Shown: positions 37,401 to 46,953, counted from the stretch's first letter. The stretch: 64,000 nucleotides of DNA from Bacillota bacterium (GCA_012523785.1 JAAYTH010000014.1:8995-72994), one strand, 5' to 3'. Numbers and translations are program-made. The notes: generated from the sequence alone by a model not told the origin.

Positions 37401-38702
37401 ATGCAGGTATTAGATATCATCTCCAAAAAGCGGGATGGTGGGGAGCTCTCGGAAGCGGAGATTGAATTCCTGATTAGCAAGTATGTTGCCGGGGAAATTC
37501 CCGATTATCAAATGGCAGCCTTTCTCATGGCTACTTTTATCCGCGGCATGACTAGGTTAGAAACGGTAGCCCTTACCAAGGCCATGGCCCATTCCGGGGA
37601 AATACTGGATTTATCTGCAGTGCCGGGGTGTAAAGTTGATAAACATAGTACCGGTGGTGTGGGGGACAAGGTCACTCTGGTAGTAGCACCGCTGGTGGCG
37701 GCTGCCGGAGTGCCGCTAGCTAAAATGTCTGGACGGGGGTTGGGCCACAGTGGTGGAACCATTGACAAACTGGAGGCAATTCCTGGGTTTCAGTCGGTAC
37801 TATCCAAAGGGGAATTTATTGCTAACGTGGAGAGAATAGGTTTGGCCCTGACGGGGCAAAGGGAAAATTTGGCCCCGGCCGATAAAAAAATCTATGCCTT
37901 GCGTGATGTAACGGCCACGGTGGCCAGCATCCCCCTTATCGCCAGTTCCATTATGTCCAAAAAAATTGCCGCCGGCGCCAATGCCATTGTCCTGGATGTT
38001 AAGTGTGGTTCTGGTGCCTTTATACCCGATTTGGATGGGGCCCGGGCCTTGGCCAAGGCCATGGTGGATATAGGTACCGATGTAGGACGTCACACGGTGG
38101 CTGTGATCAGCAATATGGATCAACCCTTGGGCAAGGCCGTGGGCAATGCCTTGGAGGTAAAGGAAGCCCTTATGACACTAGAGAATAAGGGGCCGGCTGA
38201 TGTTACTAGGTTGTCCTTAATCCTGGGTGGGCTAATGCTGTTTTTAGCCGGGAAGGTGGAAGATCCCCATCTGGGGGAACAGGTTCTGAAAAACATTCTG
38301 GCCACCGGTGGGGCCCGGCAAAAATTTCGGGAGTTTGTAGCCACCCAGGGTGGTACTGTAAGGGTGCTGGATAATCCAGCATTATTGCCCTCGGCCCCCT
38401 TTAAACTTCCGGTGCTAGCCCCTGCAACAGGTTATATTGCCAAGTTACGGGCAGACATAATCGGCCGCACATCTATGGCCCTGGGGGCTGGGCGGCGAAA
38501 AAAGGATGATAGCATTGACCGGGCAGTGGGAATTGTGCTTGAAGGGAAGATTGGTGATTATGTCCAGGAGGGCCAGCTGCTGGCGGTGGTTCATGCTGGC
38601 AATGAAAATACTGGGCGGGAGGCGGTAGGGCAGGTGCTCCGGGCTTACAGCATTGTTCCCCGGCCGGTTGCACCACCGCCCTTAATTTACGAGGTCATTT
38701 AA
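37401..38702 (+). CDS. pdp: pyrimidine-nucleoside phosphorylase
   Basis: Strong similarity to B. subtilis Pdp. Confidence 0.85.
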   Translation: MQVLDIISKKRDGGELSEAEIEFLISKYVAGEIPDYQMAAFLMATFIRGMTRLETVALTKAMAHSGEILDLSAVPGCKVDKHSTGGVGDKVTLVVAPLVAAAGVPLAKMSGRGLGHSGGTIDKLEAIPGFQSVLSKGEFIANVERIGLALTGQRENLAPADKKIYALRDVTATVASIPLIASSIMSKKIAAGANAIVLDVKCGSGAFIPDLDGARALAKAMVDIGTDVGRHTVAVISNMDQPLGKAVGNALEVKEALMTLENKGPADVTRLSLILGGLMLFLAGKVEDPHLGEQVLKNILATGGARQKFREFVATQGGTVRVLDNPALLPSAPFKLPVLAPATGYIAKLRADIIGRTSMALGAGRRKKDDSIDRAVGIVLEGKIGDYVQEGQLLAVVHAGNENTGREAVGQVLRAYSIVPRPVAPPPLIYEVI

Positions 38703-38729
38703 AGTTAAACGAAAAAAGCTCCCTCGCCC

Positions 38730-38758
38730 TTGATTTTCACAGCCCAATCAGGTATAAT
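38730..38758 (+). promoter_or_regulatory. sigma-A promoter for tRNA-Pro
   Basis: TTGATT-17 nt-TATAAT, about 20 nt upstream of the tRNA 5' end. Confidence 0.7.
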
Positions 38759-38776
38759 GTTGCCACAAGGCGAGGT

Positions 38777-38853
38777 CGGGGTATAGCTCAGTTTGGTAGA
38801 GCGCTAGCATGGGGAGCTAGAGGCCAGCGGTTCAAGTCCGCTTACTCCGACCA
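38777..38853 (+). tRNA. tRNA-Pro (anticodon GGG), CCA encoded
   Basis: Hand-folded cloverleaf: 7-bp acceptor stem, D-arm GCTC/GAGC, anticodon loop ATGGGGA, T-arm AGCGG-TTCAAGT-CCGCT, discriminator A, CCA. Confidence 0.85.
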
Positions 38854-38873
38854 TTTATTATCTTGATAGGCCA

Positions 38874-38897
38874 AAAGCAGGTGCAACCTGCTTTTTT
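38874..38897 (+). terminator. rho-independent terminator after tRNA-Pro
   Basis: GCAGGT/ACCTGC stem followed by a 6-T run. Confidence 0.75.
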
Positions 38898-38934
38898 AAT
38901 TTACAGCCCGACTTGTCCCTAGTCTGGTATAGTA

Positions 38935-38976
38935 CAGCCCGGGACCGTCGGGTATGGGTTCCCGGCTGTTTTTGTA
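38935..38976 (+). terminator. second strong hairpin plus U-tract (tandem terminator or small structured RNA 3' end)
   Basis: 12-bp stem with one mismatch (CAGCCCGGGACC / GGTTCCCGGCTG) followed by TTTTTG. Confidence 0.55.
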
Positions 38977-39199
38977 TTTTTAGATGTATTTAGCGGGTAT
39001 ACTTCTTAATGGGATAATAAGAATTAAGTAACTGCCGGGTATTGCCCTCCCTCCGCTGAATCTTAAATAGGCGGGATGATAATCAAGATGGCCTGTGGCA
39101 TATCCGGGGGGCTGACAAGATATGTTTTGCAAGTATGGTTGAGCAGTTGCAGAATTAAATTGCCTTCCATAGACCAACACACTTCAGGGGGAATTCCCA

Positions 39200-40312
39200 T
39201 TGCCCCACAAGGTTATACACTTATTAAGTATTGCCGCCGGGGGAATCTACCGCCATGTTTTTGATCTTAGCCAGGGGTTAGACCGGGGGGTGTTTTCCCC
39301 GGTCGTGGTGGCCTCACGGTATAATACTTGGTTAGATAAGCCCCCCGGGCGGGGTGTTAAGGTTATTCCCCTTGATATCTGCCGGCGGGAGAATCCCCTG
39401 TTGCCGACGGGGGATTTGCTAAAATTAATATATTTTTTTCAGGAGGAAAAAATAAAGATACTGCATGTACACGGTTTTCGGGCTGCCTTCTGGGGTAGAG
39501 TGGCCGCCCGGCTGGCCGGGGTACCAGTTGTTATTTACACCGTACATAATTTTCCTGTCAATAGGGCCGCCATTGTATATGGCATCGAAGGATTATTAGC
39601 TAATTGGACTACCCATATAATTACGGTATCTGGTGCCTTGCAGGGGAAACTTATCCAGCGGGGTATTCCTTCCGGGAAGGTGACAACTATCCACAATGGT
39701 GTTAAGGCGGCAGAGGTACCGGAGGCTATTATTAAAACTAAAACCAGACGGTATTATAACATCGGCACTGTTGGCCGCCTGGTAGAATTAAAGGGTATTG
39801 AGTATTTTCTCCGGGCGGCTGCCACCGTGGCTGCTGTTGAACCCCGGGCCAGGTTCTATGTTATTGGCGATGGTCCCCGACGAAGCCGCCTGCAGGTCCT
39901 GGCCCATAAGCTGTCTTTAGACGGTGTGGTGTTTTTTACTGGCCATGTGGATAATATGGATAGGTGGTGGCAGGGCCTGGACGTTCTAGTTTCTTGTTCC
40001 CTCCAGGAAGGACTGGGTTTAAGTATTTTGGAAGCAATGGCGGCTTCTATTCCGGTCGTCGGCACCCGGGTGGGGGGGATACCAGAGCTTATTACCAATG
40101 GACTAAATGGTGTTTTGGTTAGACCGAGGGATAGTCAGGCCCTGGCCACTGCAATTTTAGATCTGCTCTTTAATCGCGACTGGAGAACCAGCTTGGGTAG
40201 AAGGGGCAGGGAAAAGGTTTTGGAAAAATTCACCTTGGAGAAAATGGTTACGGCTGTGGAAGGGATCTATCACCAATCATTGCAGAATCTAGGAAGTAAA
40301 GTGAATGAGTAG
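39200..40312 (+). CDS. glycosyltransferase family 4 (GT-B, retaining)
   Basis: GT4 C-terminal motif region (E-x7-E) and an N-terminal Rossmann half; TTG start. Confidence 0.75.
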   Translation: MPHKVIHLLSIAAGGIYRHVFDLSQGLDRGVFSPVVVASRYNTWLDKPPGRGVKVIPLDICRRENPLLPTGDLLKLIYFFQEEKIKILHVHGFRAAFWGRVAARLAGVPVVIYTVHNFPVNRAAIVYGIEGLLANWTTHIITVSGALQGKLIQRGIPSGKVTTIHNGVKAAEVPEAIIKTKTRRYYNIGTVGRLVELKGIEYFLRAAATVAAVEPRARFYVIGDGPRRSRLQVLAHKLSLDGVVFFTGHVDNMDRWWQGLDVLVSCSLQEGLGLSILEAMAASIPVVGTRVGGIPELITNGLNGVLVRPRDSQALATAILDLLFNRDWRTSLGRRGREKVLEKFTLEKMVTAVEGIYHQSLQNLGSKVNE

Positions 40313-42491
40313 ACGGTTATCTTTTATACTTATTGTAATTGGCCTTCTGTGCCTGATGGGCTTTTGGCAGCCGGGGTCGATCAATGCTGCTGGTAGAGAT
40401 AAGAGGGTGATAGTTTTTGTTCTAGATTCCATTAGTATAACGGATTTGTGTGCGGCTATGACCCCTACTATTGATATGCTTATTGATGTGGGTGCCATGG
40501 GTCTAATGAATACAAGCACCTACTCAGGCTCGGCCCGAAATGCTGCCCACTTAACAATAGGGGCGGGGGCCCGGGCCAGTGGTGGTGATGGCCTGGAACC
40601 GGCCTTGGAAATTGGAGAGGAGTGGGGGGGGATCCCGGCGGGGGAGGTATACCGTAACCGGATGGGGCTGATACCCGGGGGTAATATTGTTCACTTGGGC
40701 ATGGCTGAGATTATCGCTGGCAATAGTGGCCTGGCGGCGACGGTTTTACCCGGCGCCCTGGGGCAGACCCTTGCCGATGCTGGCTATACAAGCAGTTTGC
40801 TGGGTAATAGTGATGTTCCCGGTATGCCAAGGCGCCCGGCGGCGGGTATAGTAATTGACTTCACCGGTGTGGTAAAAGATGGTGCTATCGGATCGGATCT
40901 TTTGGGGGAAAATGCCACAGCCCCCTATGGTTTGGAAACGAACATTAATTCTTTACTGGGGGCCCTACATAAAACAACGGATAGTTCTTTACTGGTAATA
41001 GAGTGGGGGGATACCGCCCGGGTTGATGGTTATAGTAGATATTTGCTCCCGGAAGTGGCCGTTGCAGCCCGGCGTCGGGCCGTAGAAAGGGCTGATGAGT
41101 TTCTGGGGGAATTATTAAAAGGCTTGGATCTGGAAGAAACACTACTTTTACTCCTTACCCCCTCACCGGCGATAGGTGGTTATCAAAAAGGAGAACGATT
41201 GACACCAATAATAATGGCCGGGGCGGGTACTGGCACCGGTCTATTATCATCACCCACAACCCGGCGGGCTGGGCTGGTGGCCAACGTAGATGTTGCCCCC
41301 ACCATTATCCGCTTTTTCCAACTAGCTCCACCCTCTACTATGATGGGTAGACCGATGAAGATTGTCCCGGGAGATAATGCACCTGAAACCCTTTCTGCCC
41401 TGGGAGATATTTTCCAAAGGAATTTTGCCTTCCGGCCTATCGTGATCAGGACTTATATTATCTTCATTATTGCAGTTCTTGCCGGTACTACCGGGGCCAT
41501 CTACCGGCCGGGGAGATGGAATTCCCTTGGAGCCCAACTCCTAATTGCTGTTGCTGCTGTTCCCTTGATACTGCTGCTGCTCCCCCTACTAGCACTAAGA
41601 AAGTTGGATATTACACTGTTGGTAATAGCTATTACTACATTTTTGCTGGTTAAACTGGTCTACCGGAAAAAAAACAACCCCCAGCCCTTTATTGTTTTGG
41701 GTCTACTTACCGTGGGCTTGCTGTGGTTGGATTTAGTTTTGGGCCAATCCTTATTGCTTAAATCCCTTTTGGGGTACTGTCCCATCAGCGGTGCCCGCTA
41801 CTATGGAATGGGGAATGAATACATGGGCCTGTATCTGGGGGCGGGATTAATTGGCTGGAGTGGGTTGGCGGGGGAGATAAATACCGCTGGCAGGCGGATA
41901 AATCCTTTTTTTATTGTCCTGCCCGGTTATTTATTCTTGTTACTGTTTATAGCCTCTCCCCGCCTGGGGGCCAATTTTGGAGGCACAATTGCCACCATGT
42001 GGGGGGGTGGTACTACTATCATTTGCTTACAAAAACAAAGGGCACGAAGGAGGCAATTGCTTATTTGGGTTCTGGGGGGAGTGCTGTTATTGATAGCCCT
42101 TGGATGGGGGGATTATTCTTTGGCTGGTGATGGGGCATCACACCTGGGGCGAACAATTGGCCTAATTATTGGGGCTGGCCCCCGGGAGTTGCTGTTAATA
42201 ATTCAACGTAAAGTGGGAATGAACCTGAAACTGTTAAAATATTCTTGGTGGAGTTTGGTAATATTGGCTGTACTGATCCTTTTTATTCTACTCTCCTATC
42301 GCCCCCCCCGTCTTTTAAAGGATTTAGCCCGAGAATTCCCCGCCCTATGGGCAGGTTTTATCGGCAGTGGGATAGGGGCCTTTGTGGCATTTTTAGTGAA
42401 TGATTCCGGGGTCGTTGCCGGGGCAACAGTCTTGATTTTTCCTGTGACTACACTTTTGTTTTTACTGCTGCAGGCCGGGGGCAAAACCTAG
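40305..42491 (+). CDS. large membrane protein: signal peptide + ~330-aa extracytoplasmic domain + ~10 TM C-terminal domain; function unknown
   Basis: 728 aa; ATG overlaps the GT4 stop (translational coupling). The N-domain has a VFVLDSISITD motif that weakly resembles the alkaline-phosphatase-superfamily metal site. Confidence 0.5.
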   Translation: MSRRLSFILIVIGLLCLMGFWQPGSINAAGRDKRVIVFVLDSISITDLCAAMTPTIDMLIDVGAMGLMNTSTYSGSARNAAHLTIGAGARASGGDGLEPALEIGEEWGGIPAGEVYRNRMGLIPGGNIVHLGMAEIIAGNSGLAATVLPGALGQTLADAGYTSSLLGNSDVPGMPRRPAAGIVIDFTGVVKDGAIGSDLLGENATAPYGLETNINSLLGALHKTTDSSLLVIEWGDTARVDGYSRYLLPEVAVAARRRAVERADEFLGELLKGLDLEETLLLLLTPSPAIGGYQKGERLTPIIMAGAGTGTGLLSSPTTRRAGLVANVDVAPTIIRFFQLAPPSTMMGRPMKIVPGDNAPETLSALGDIFQRNFAFRPIVIRTYIIFIIAVLAGTTGAIYRPGRWNSLGAQLLIAVAAVPLILLLLPLLALRKLDITLLVIAITTFLLVKLVYRKKNNPQPFIVLGLLTVGLLWLDLVLGQSLLLKSLLGYCPISGARYYGMGNEYMGLYLGAGLIGWSGLAGEINTAGRRINPFFIVLPGYLFLLLFIASPRLGANFGGTIATMWGGGTTIICLQKQRARRRQLLIWVLGGVLLLIALGWGDYSLAGDGASHLGRTIGLIIGAGPRELLLIIQRKVGMNLKLLKYSWWSLVILAVLILFILLSYRPPRLLKDLAREFPALWAGFIGSGIGAFVAFLVNDSGVVAGATVLIFPVTTLLFLLLQAGGKT

Positions 42492-42540
42492 ATAATGCTC
42501 AATACTAGGCATTGCATATGCAATTAGTAGTAACCTATTA

Positions 42541-42602
42541 TTACCCCGGCCTACTTGGATTACAATTGCTGAATTCCGGGGTAATCGGTTTTTGAGGAGG
42601 AA
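42541..42602 (+). terminator. long-loop hairpin plus T-tract, putative terminator
   Basis: Perfect 9-bp stem TTACCCCGG / CCGGGGTAA with a 36-nt loop, followed by TTTTTG. Confidence 0.4.
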
Positions 42603-42698
42603 ATGGCGGGAGATAGGAAGAATTTAGTATAGAAATCTGGAGCAGGCTATAGGTATTACGGCCAATTAAAGAACCGAATACATAGGGGAGGTAAAAAG

Positions 42699-43766
42699 AT
42701 GAATAGAAGTAGAGACTTATTGCGGGAATTAACTGCTGCAGCGGGCGTATCGGGATTTGAGGGTGAGGTGAGGCGGATAATGCGGGAACGATTGGCCCCC
42801 CTGGCCCACATTGAGCTGGATCGCTTGGGGTGCATCATTGCCCAAAAAACCGGTGATAGGGAAAACCCCACAGTAATGCTGGCTGCCCACATGGACGAAA
42901 TAGGTTTTATGGTAAAGGCTATTACTGCGGATGGTTTTTTACGCTTTACCCCCTTGGGTGGCTGGCCGGAACAGGTCCTTTTGGCCCAAAGGGTCATCAT
43001 AAAAGGTAGGAATGGCGATGTACCTGGTGTCATTGGTTCTAAACCGCCCCATCTGATGGACCGGGAAGAGCGGAAAAAGATGGTGAAAATTAAGGATATG
43101 TTTATTGATGTGGGGGCCAAGGATAGGAAGGAAGTTGACTCTTTTGGGATTAGACCCGGGGATCCGATTGTCCCGGTGGAGAGTTGGGAGGCAATGAAAA
43201 ACGAAAAATTTATAATGGCCAAAGCTATAGATGATCGGGCGGGCTGTGGCCTTTTGATAGAGGTATGTGAAAAATTAAAGGACAATGATCATCCCAACAC
43301 TCTTTATGCCGTCGGTACGGTCCAGGAGGAGGTTGGCACCAGGGGGGCGGCGACCAGTGTGGCAGTAATTGATCCTGATGTTGCTTTGGTTTTGGATGTC
43401 AGTATTGCCACAGATGTACCTGGTTTGAAGGAAGAGGTTGAGGGAAAACTGGGTCAGGGGCCTACCATCGGCTTATACGATTCCTCCATGATACCGAATA
43501 TTAAGTTGCGGGATCTTTGTATACAGACAGCGAAGGAGTATAATATTCCCTATCAATATTCTATTATGGAGGGTGGCGGTACTGATGGGGGCAGAATACA
43601 CCTTCATGGTACCGGGGTCCCCAGCCTGGTTATTGGTGTCCCAGTTCGCTATATCCATAGCCATGTGGGTATTATGCACCTCGACGATTACCTGTGGGCC
43701 CGCCAGCTCTTGGTTGAATTGATAAAAAAATTAGATACTGAGACTACAAAAAATCTAATAAAGTAA
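42699..43766 (+). CDS. M42 family (TET/FrvX/YsdC-type) aminopeptidase, paralog 1
   Basis: M42 signature (LAAHMDEIGF, DDRAGC, EEVGTRGA). Confidence 0.8.
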   Translation: MNRSRDLLRELTAAAGVSGFEGEVRRIMRERLAPLAHIELDRLGCIIAQKTGDRENPTVMLAAHMDEIGFMVKAITADGFLRFTPLGGWPEQVLLAQRVIIKGRNGDVPGVIGSKPPHLMDREERKKMVKIKDMFIDVGAKDRKEVDSFGIRPGDPIVPVESWEAMKNEKFIMAKAIDDRAGCGLLIEVCEKLKDNDHPNTLYAVGTVQEEVGTRGAATSVAVIDPDVALVLDVSIATDVPGLKEEVEGKLGQGPTIGLYDSSMIPNIKLRDLCIQTAKEYNIPYQYSIMEGGGTDGGRIHLHGTGVPSLVIGVPVRYIHSHVGIMHLDDYLWARQLLVELIKKLDTETTKNLIK

Positions 43767-43900
43767 GATATTTAGCCAATATACAGGGTTAACCAAATTT
43801 ATGATAGAATGGTACTGGGGTTGGGATCGGAAGGAAGCATATATAGATATTTCGGGTATTACAGGGTACCTGAAGGGTAATAAAAGGAGGAACAAGCCCA

Positions 43901-44503
43901 TTGTTGCTAATCCCGGGGCTTTTCGGCCTGCTGGTGGGTAAAATCAAAGGGGGGAGGGTTGCAAATTTAGCCTCCCTGCATTTCAAGGGGCTTTATATGC
44001 TCTACATTGCCCTAATATTACAGTTTTTTGTCAGCAAGGCAATGGTGGGAAAATGGAATCCCTATGTTATGGTTGTATCTTATTTGTTGCTCCTAATTTC
44101 CCTGGGGGGCAACCTTCACCTGCCGGGGATGCATCCTATCTTTATGGGCACTTTTTTCAATGCCCTGGTTATAGCGGCCAATGGGGGGCAAATGCCCGTT
44201 GCCCTGGAATTTTTGGGACTGCCCCTTGAACCGGAAATGTTAGCTGCTCTGCGGGGAAAACACACCTTGTTGACGGCAGCTACTAAACTTCCCCTCCTGG
44301 CCGACATCATTCCCTTAAAGATTGCCCCGATATCTTACTATCGCCTCTACAGTATTGGTGATATTTTACAGATGGTAGGCATTTTTTACCTTTTGCAAGG
44401 GGGAATGCAAAGAACCAGCTCTGATAATTGGGCGAAGGGTGGGGTAGGGGAGCTAAAAAGGGATAATATGGGTACCTTAAATAATTCCGGTGTAAATAAG
44501 TAA
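43901..44503 (+). CDS. hypothetical polytopic membrane protein
   Basis: About 5 TM segments; TTG start with an AAAAGGAGG RBS. Confidence 0.4.
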   Translation: MLLIPGLFGLLVGKIKGGRVANLASLHFKGLYMLYIALILQFFVSKAMVGKWNPYVMVVSYLLLLISLGGNLHLPGMHPIFMGTFFNALVIAANGGQMPVALEFLGLPLEPEMLAALRGKHTLLTAATKLPLLADIIPLKIAPISYYRLYSIGDILQMVGIFYLLQGGMQRTSSDNWAKGGVGELKRDNMGTLNNSGVNK

Positions 44504-44805
44504 GGGCAATAGCGGCGGGATACGGTTGTAGGGGGCTTTTATTTTTCTTATGGCAGGATTCCCTTTGCCCATGGAGAAAGATTATGTGTCGAGCATTTTA
44601 GCTCCTGTCGGAGATGCATCATCATGGTCTTTATTATACCGGTATTTTCCTGTTCATGACACATATAATTATTATAACTTCTTGACTTAACCCCCGAAGG
44701 GGATGAGTTGGGGAAAGGTAACTAGTCAGTAGGTTTCCGAACCATCCCCATCGGGGCAGTGTTATGTCCACCTGTGAAGTGCTAGTGCCATAAGGGGGAA
44801 TTAAT

Positions 44806-45846
44806 TTGCGAAAAATTAAAGTTGGTGTTATTTTTGGTGGTAGATCGGGTGAACATGATGTTTCTTTAATGTCTGCCACCTCGGTCCTGAAGGCCATGGA
44901 TAAGAATAAATATGAAGTGATTCCCATTGGTATCACCACGGAAGGGCGTTGGATTACGGAGGGTGATCCCCTTTTACAGTTGAAAGAAAAGGATTTTTCC
45001 GCCGGTGGCTCTATCCCGGTTAACTTGTTGGAAAAAATGGATGTGGCCTTTCCTGTTCTTCACGGCCCTTATGGTGAAGATGGTACTATTCAGGGTTTAT
45101 TTGAAATGTTGAACATCCCCTATGTCGGCGCCGGGGTCGCCGGCTCTGCCGTTGGGATGGATAAAAGGATGATGAAACAGATCTTTTTACAATCAGGTTT
45201 ACCGACTGCTGATTATGTTACATTTTTACGCCGGCAATGGGAGGAAGACAAGGGTGAGGCTATTCGCCTGGTGGCGGAAAATATCGGATTTCCTTGTTTT
45301 GTAAAGCCGGTCAACATGGGTTCTAGTGTTGGGATCAGCAAGGTAAAGGAACGGGAACAGTTAGTAGAGGCAGTGGAGCTGGCTTGCAAATACGATGGGG
45401 AAATAATTGTGGAGGAGTACATTAATTGCCGGGAGATAGAATGTAGTGTTTTGGGGAATGACAAACCCCGGGCCTCTCTTCCCGGGGAGGTGGTACCCCA
45501 CCTAGAGTTCTATGACTATGAAGCAAAGTATACCGATGGTTTAACCGACCTTTTGCTGCCCGCCCCCCTTTCTCCGGAAGAAACGGAAAAGGTGCAGGAA
45601 CTGGCGATAACCGCCTTTCTGTCGGTAAATGCTTGCGGAATGGCCCGGGTTGATTTATTCCTTGACAAGGTTTCGGGTCAATTCTATGTGAATGAACTGA
45701 ACACACTCCCTGGTTTTACACAGTTTAGCATGTACCCTAAAATGTGGGAGATCACTGGCCTTGGTTATTCTGACTTGATTACAGAATTAATAGATTTGGC
45801 ACTGGAAAGATTTGCTGAAAAACAGCGTAACCTGATCAGCTGGTAA
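44806..45846 (+). CDS. ddl: D-alanine--D-alanine ligase (ATP-grasp)
   Basis: Ddl N-terminus (KVGVIFGGRSGEHDVSL) and ATP-grasp motifs; TTG start. Confidence 0.85.
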   Translation: MRKIKVGVIFGGRSGEHDVSLMSATSVLKAMDKNKYEVIPIGITTEGRWITEGDPLLQLKEKDFSAGGSIPVNLLEKMDVAFPVLHGPYGEDGTIQGLFEMLNIPYVGAGVAGSAVGMDKRMMKQIFLQSGLPTADYVTFLRRQWEEDKGEAIRLVAENIGFPCFVKPVNMGSSVGISKVKEREQLVEAVELACKYDGEIIVEEYINCREIECSVLGNDKPRASLPGEVVPHLEFYDYEAKYTDGLTDLLLPAPLSPEETEKVQELAITAFLSVNACGMARVDLFLDKVSGQFYVNELNTLPGFTQFSMYPKMWEITGLGYSDLITELIDLALERFAEKQRNLISW

Positions 45847-45894
45847 TAATATTAGTTTCGCTCTTTTATGGATGGGTAGGGGGGATGAAGGCAA

Positions 45895-46953
45895 TTGGTG
45901 GATCTTGATATTTTACGCCGCCTTTCGGAAGAAGCCGGGGTATCAGGTTCAGAGCTGAAGGTGGCGGAGGTAATTATGGAAGCATTACGCCCCTATACCG
46001 ACAGTGTGGCTAGGGATATATTGGGCAATGTGATTGCCCTCAAGAAGGGGGAAGGGGGCCAACCCCGCCCCCGGGTGTTGTTGGCAGCCCATATGGATGA
46101 GATTGGCCTTATGGTTACCAGGGTGGAGGAGGGGGGATTTTTACGATTTACCACCGTAGGAGGAGTGGATGTACGGACCCTTTTGGGACAAGAAGTTATT
46201 GTCCACGGGGTACACTCTTTGCCGGGGGTCATCGGAGCAAAACCGCCCCACCTCCAGACACCGGACCAAAGAAAGGAGACAATTACAGGGGAGAAATTGT
46301 ATATAGACACCGGGTTTAAAGACAAGGAAAAATTGGAGCAGATAGCTCCCATTGGTACTGTGGCCACAATAGATAGGAACTTGCAATTACTTACCGAGGG
46401 GCGCGTGGCCGGAAAGGCATTGGATAATAGGGCTGGGGTTATGGTACTGCTAGGATGCCTGCAGGAATTAATGGGCATTAAACACTGTGCTGATGTGTAT
46501 GGGGTGGCAACCATCCAAGAGGAAGTGGGGATTAGGGGTGCCATCACCAGTACTTATAAGATCAATCCAGATTTGGGCATTGCTATAGATGTCTGCCACG
46601 GTGATATGCCCGGCACCCGGGGGGACGAAGGATATCCCCTTGACAAGGGTCCGGCCATTGGTTGTGGGCCCCATGTGCATCACCAGCTCTTTAGGGCTCT
46701 GAAGGATAGTGCCGAAAGGGTGGGTATTTCCTATCAGATAGAACCCTCACCAACTCCGGCGGGAACCGATGCCTGGGGAATCCAGATTGCCCGCAGTGGA
46801 ATCCCGACGGCACTAATTTCAATTCCCCTGCGCTATATGCACACATCAGTGGAAACCATATCCACAAGGGATCTTTATGAAACTACCCGCCTGCTAGTGG
46901 CCTTTATCCAAGGTCTGAAGTCTTCCTTTGTGGAGGGATTATTGTGTTACTAA
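45895..46953 (+). CDS. M42 family aminopeptidase, paralog 2
   Basis: LAAHMDEIGLMV, DNRAGV, QEEVGIRGA. Confidence 0.8.
   Translation: MVDLDILRRLSEEAGVSGSELKVAEVIMEALRPYTDSVARDILGNVIALKKGEGGQPRPRVLLAAHMDEIGLMVTRVEEGGFLRFTTVGGVDVRTLLGQEVIVHGVHSLPGVIGAKPPHLQTPDQRKETITGEKLYIDTGFKDKEKLEQIAPIGTVATIDRNLQLLTEGRVAGKALDNRAGVMVLLGCLQELMGIKHCADVYGVATIQEEVGIRGAITSTYKINPDLGIAIDVCHGDMPGTRGDEGYPLDKGPAIGCGPHVHHQLFRALKDSAERVGISYQIEPSPTPAGTDAWGIQIARSGIPTALISIPLRYMHTSVETISTRDLYETTRLLVAFIQGLKSSFVEGLLCY

Noticed and set aside
42656-43285. 209-aa ORF on the minus strand
   Set aside because: It is antisense to the well-supported M42 aminopeptidase gene, with no RBS and no recognisable similarity.
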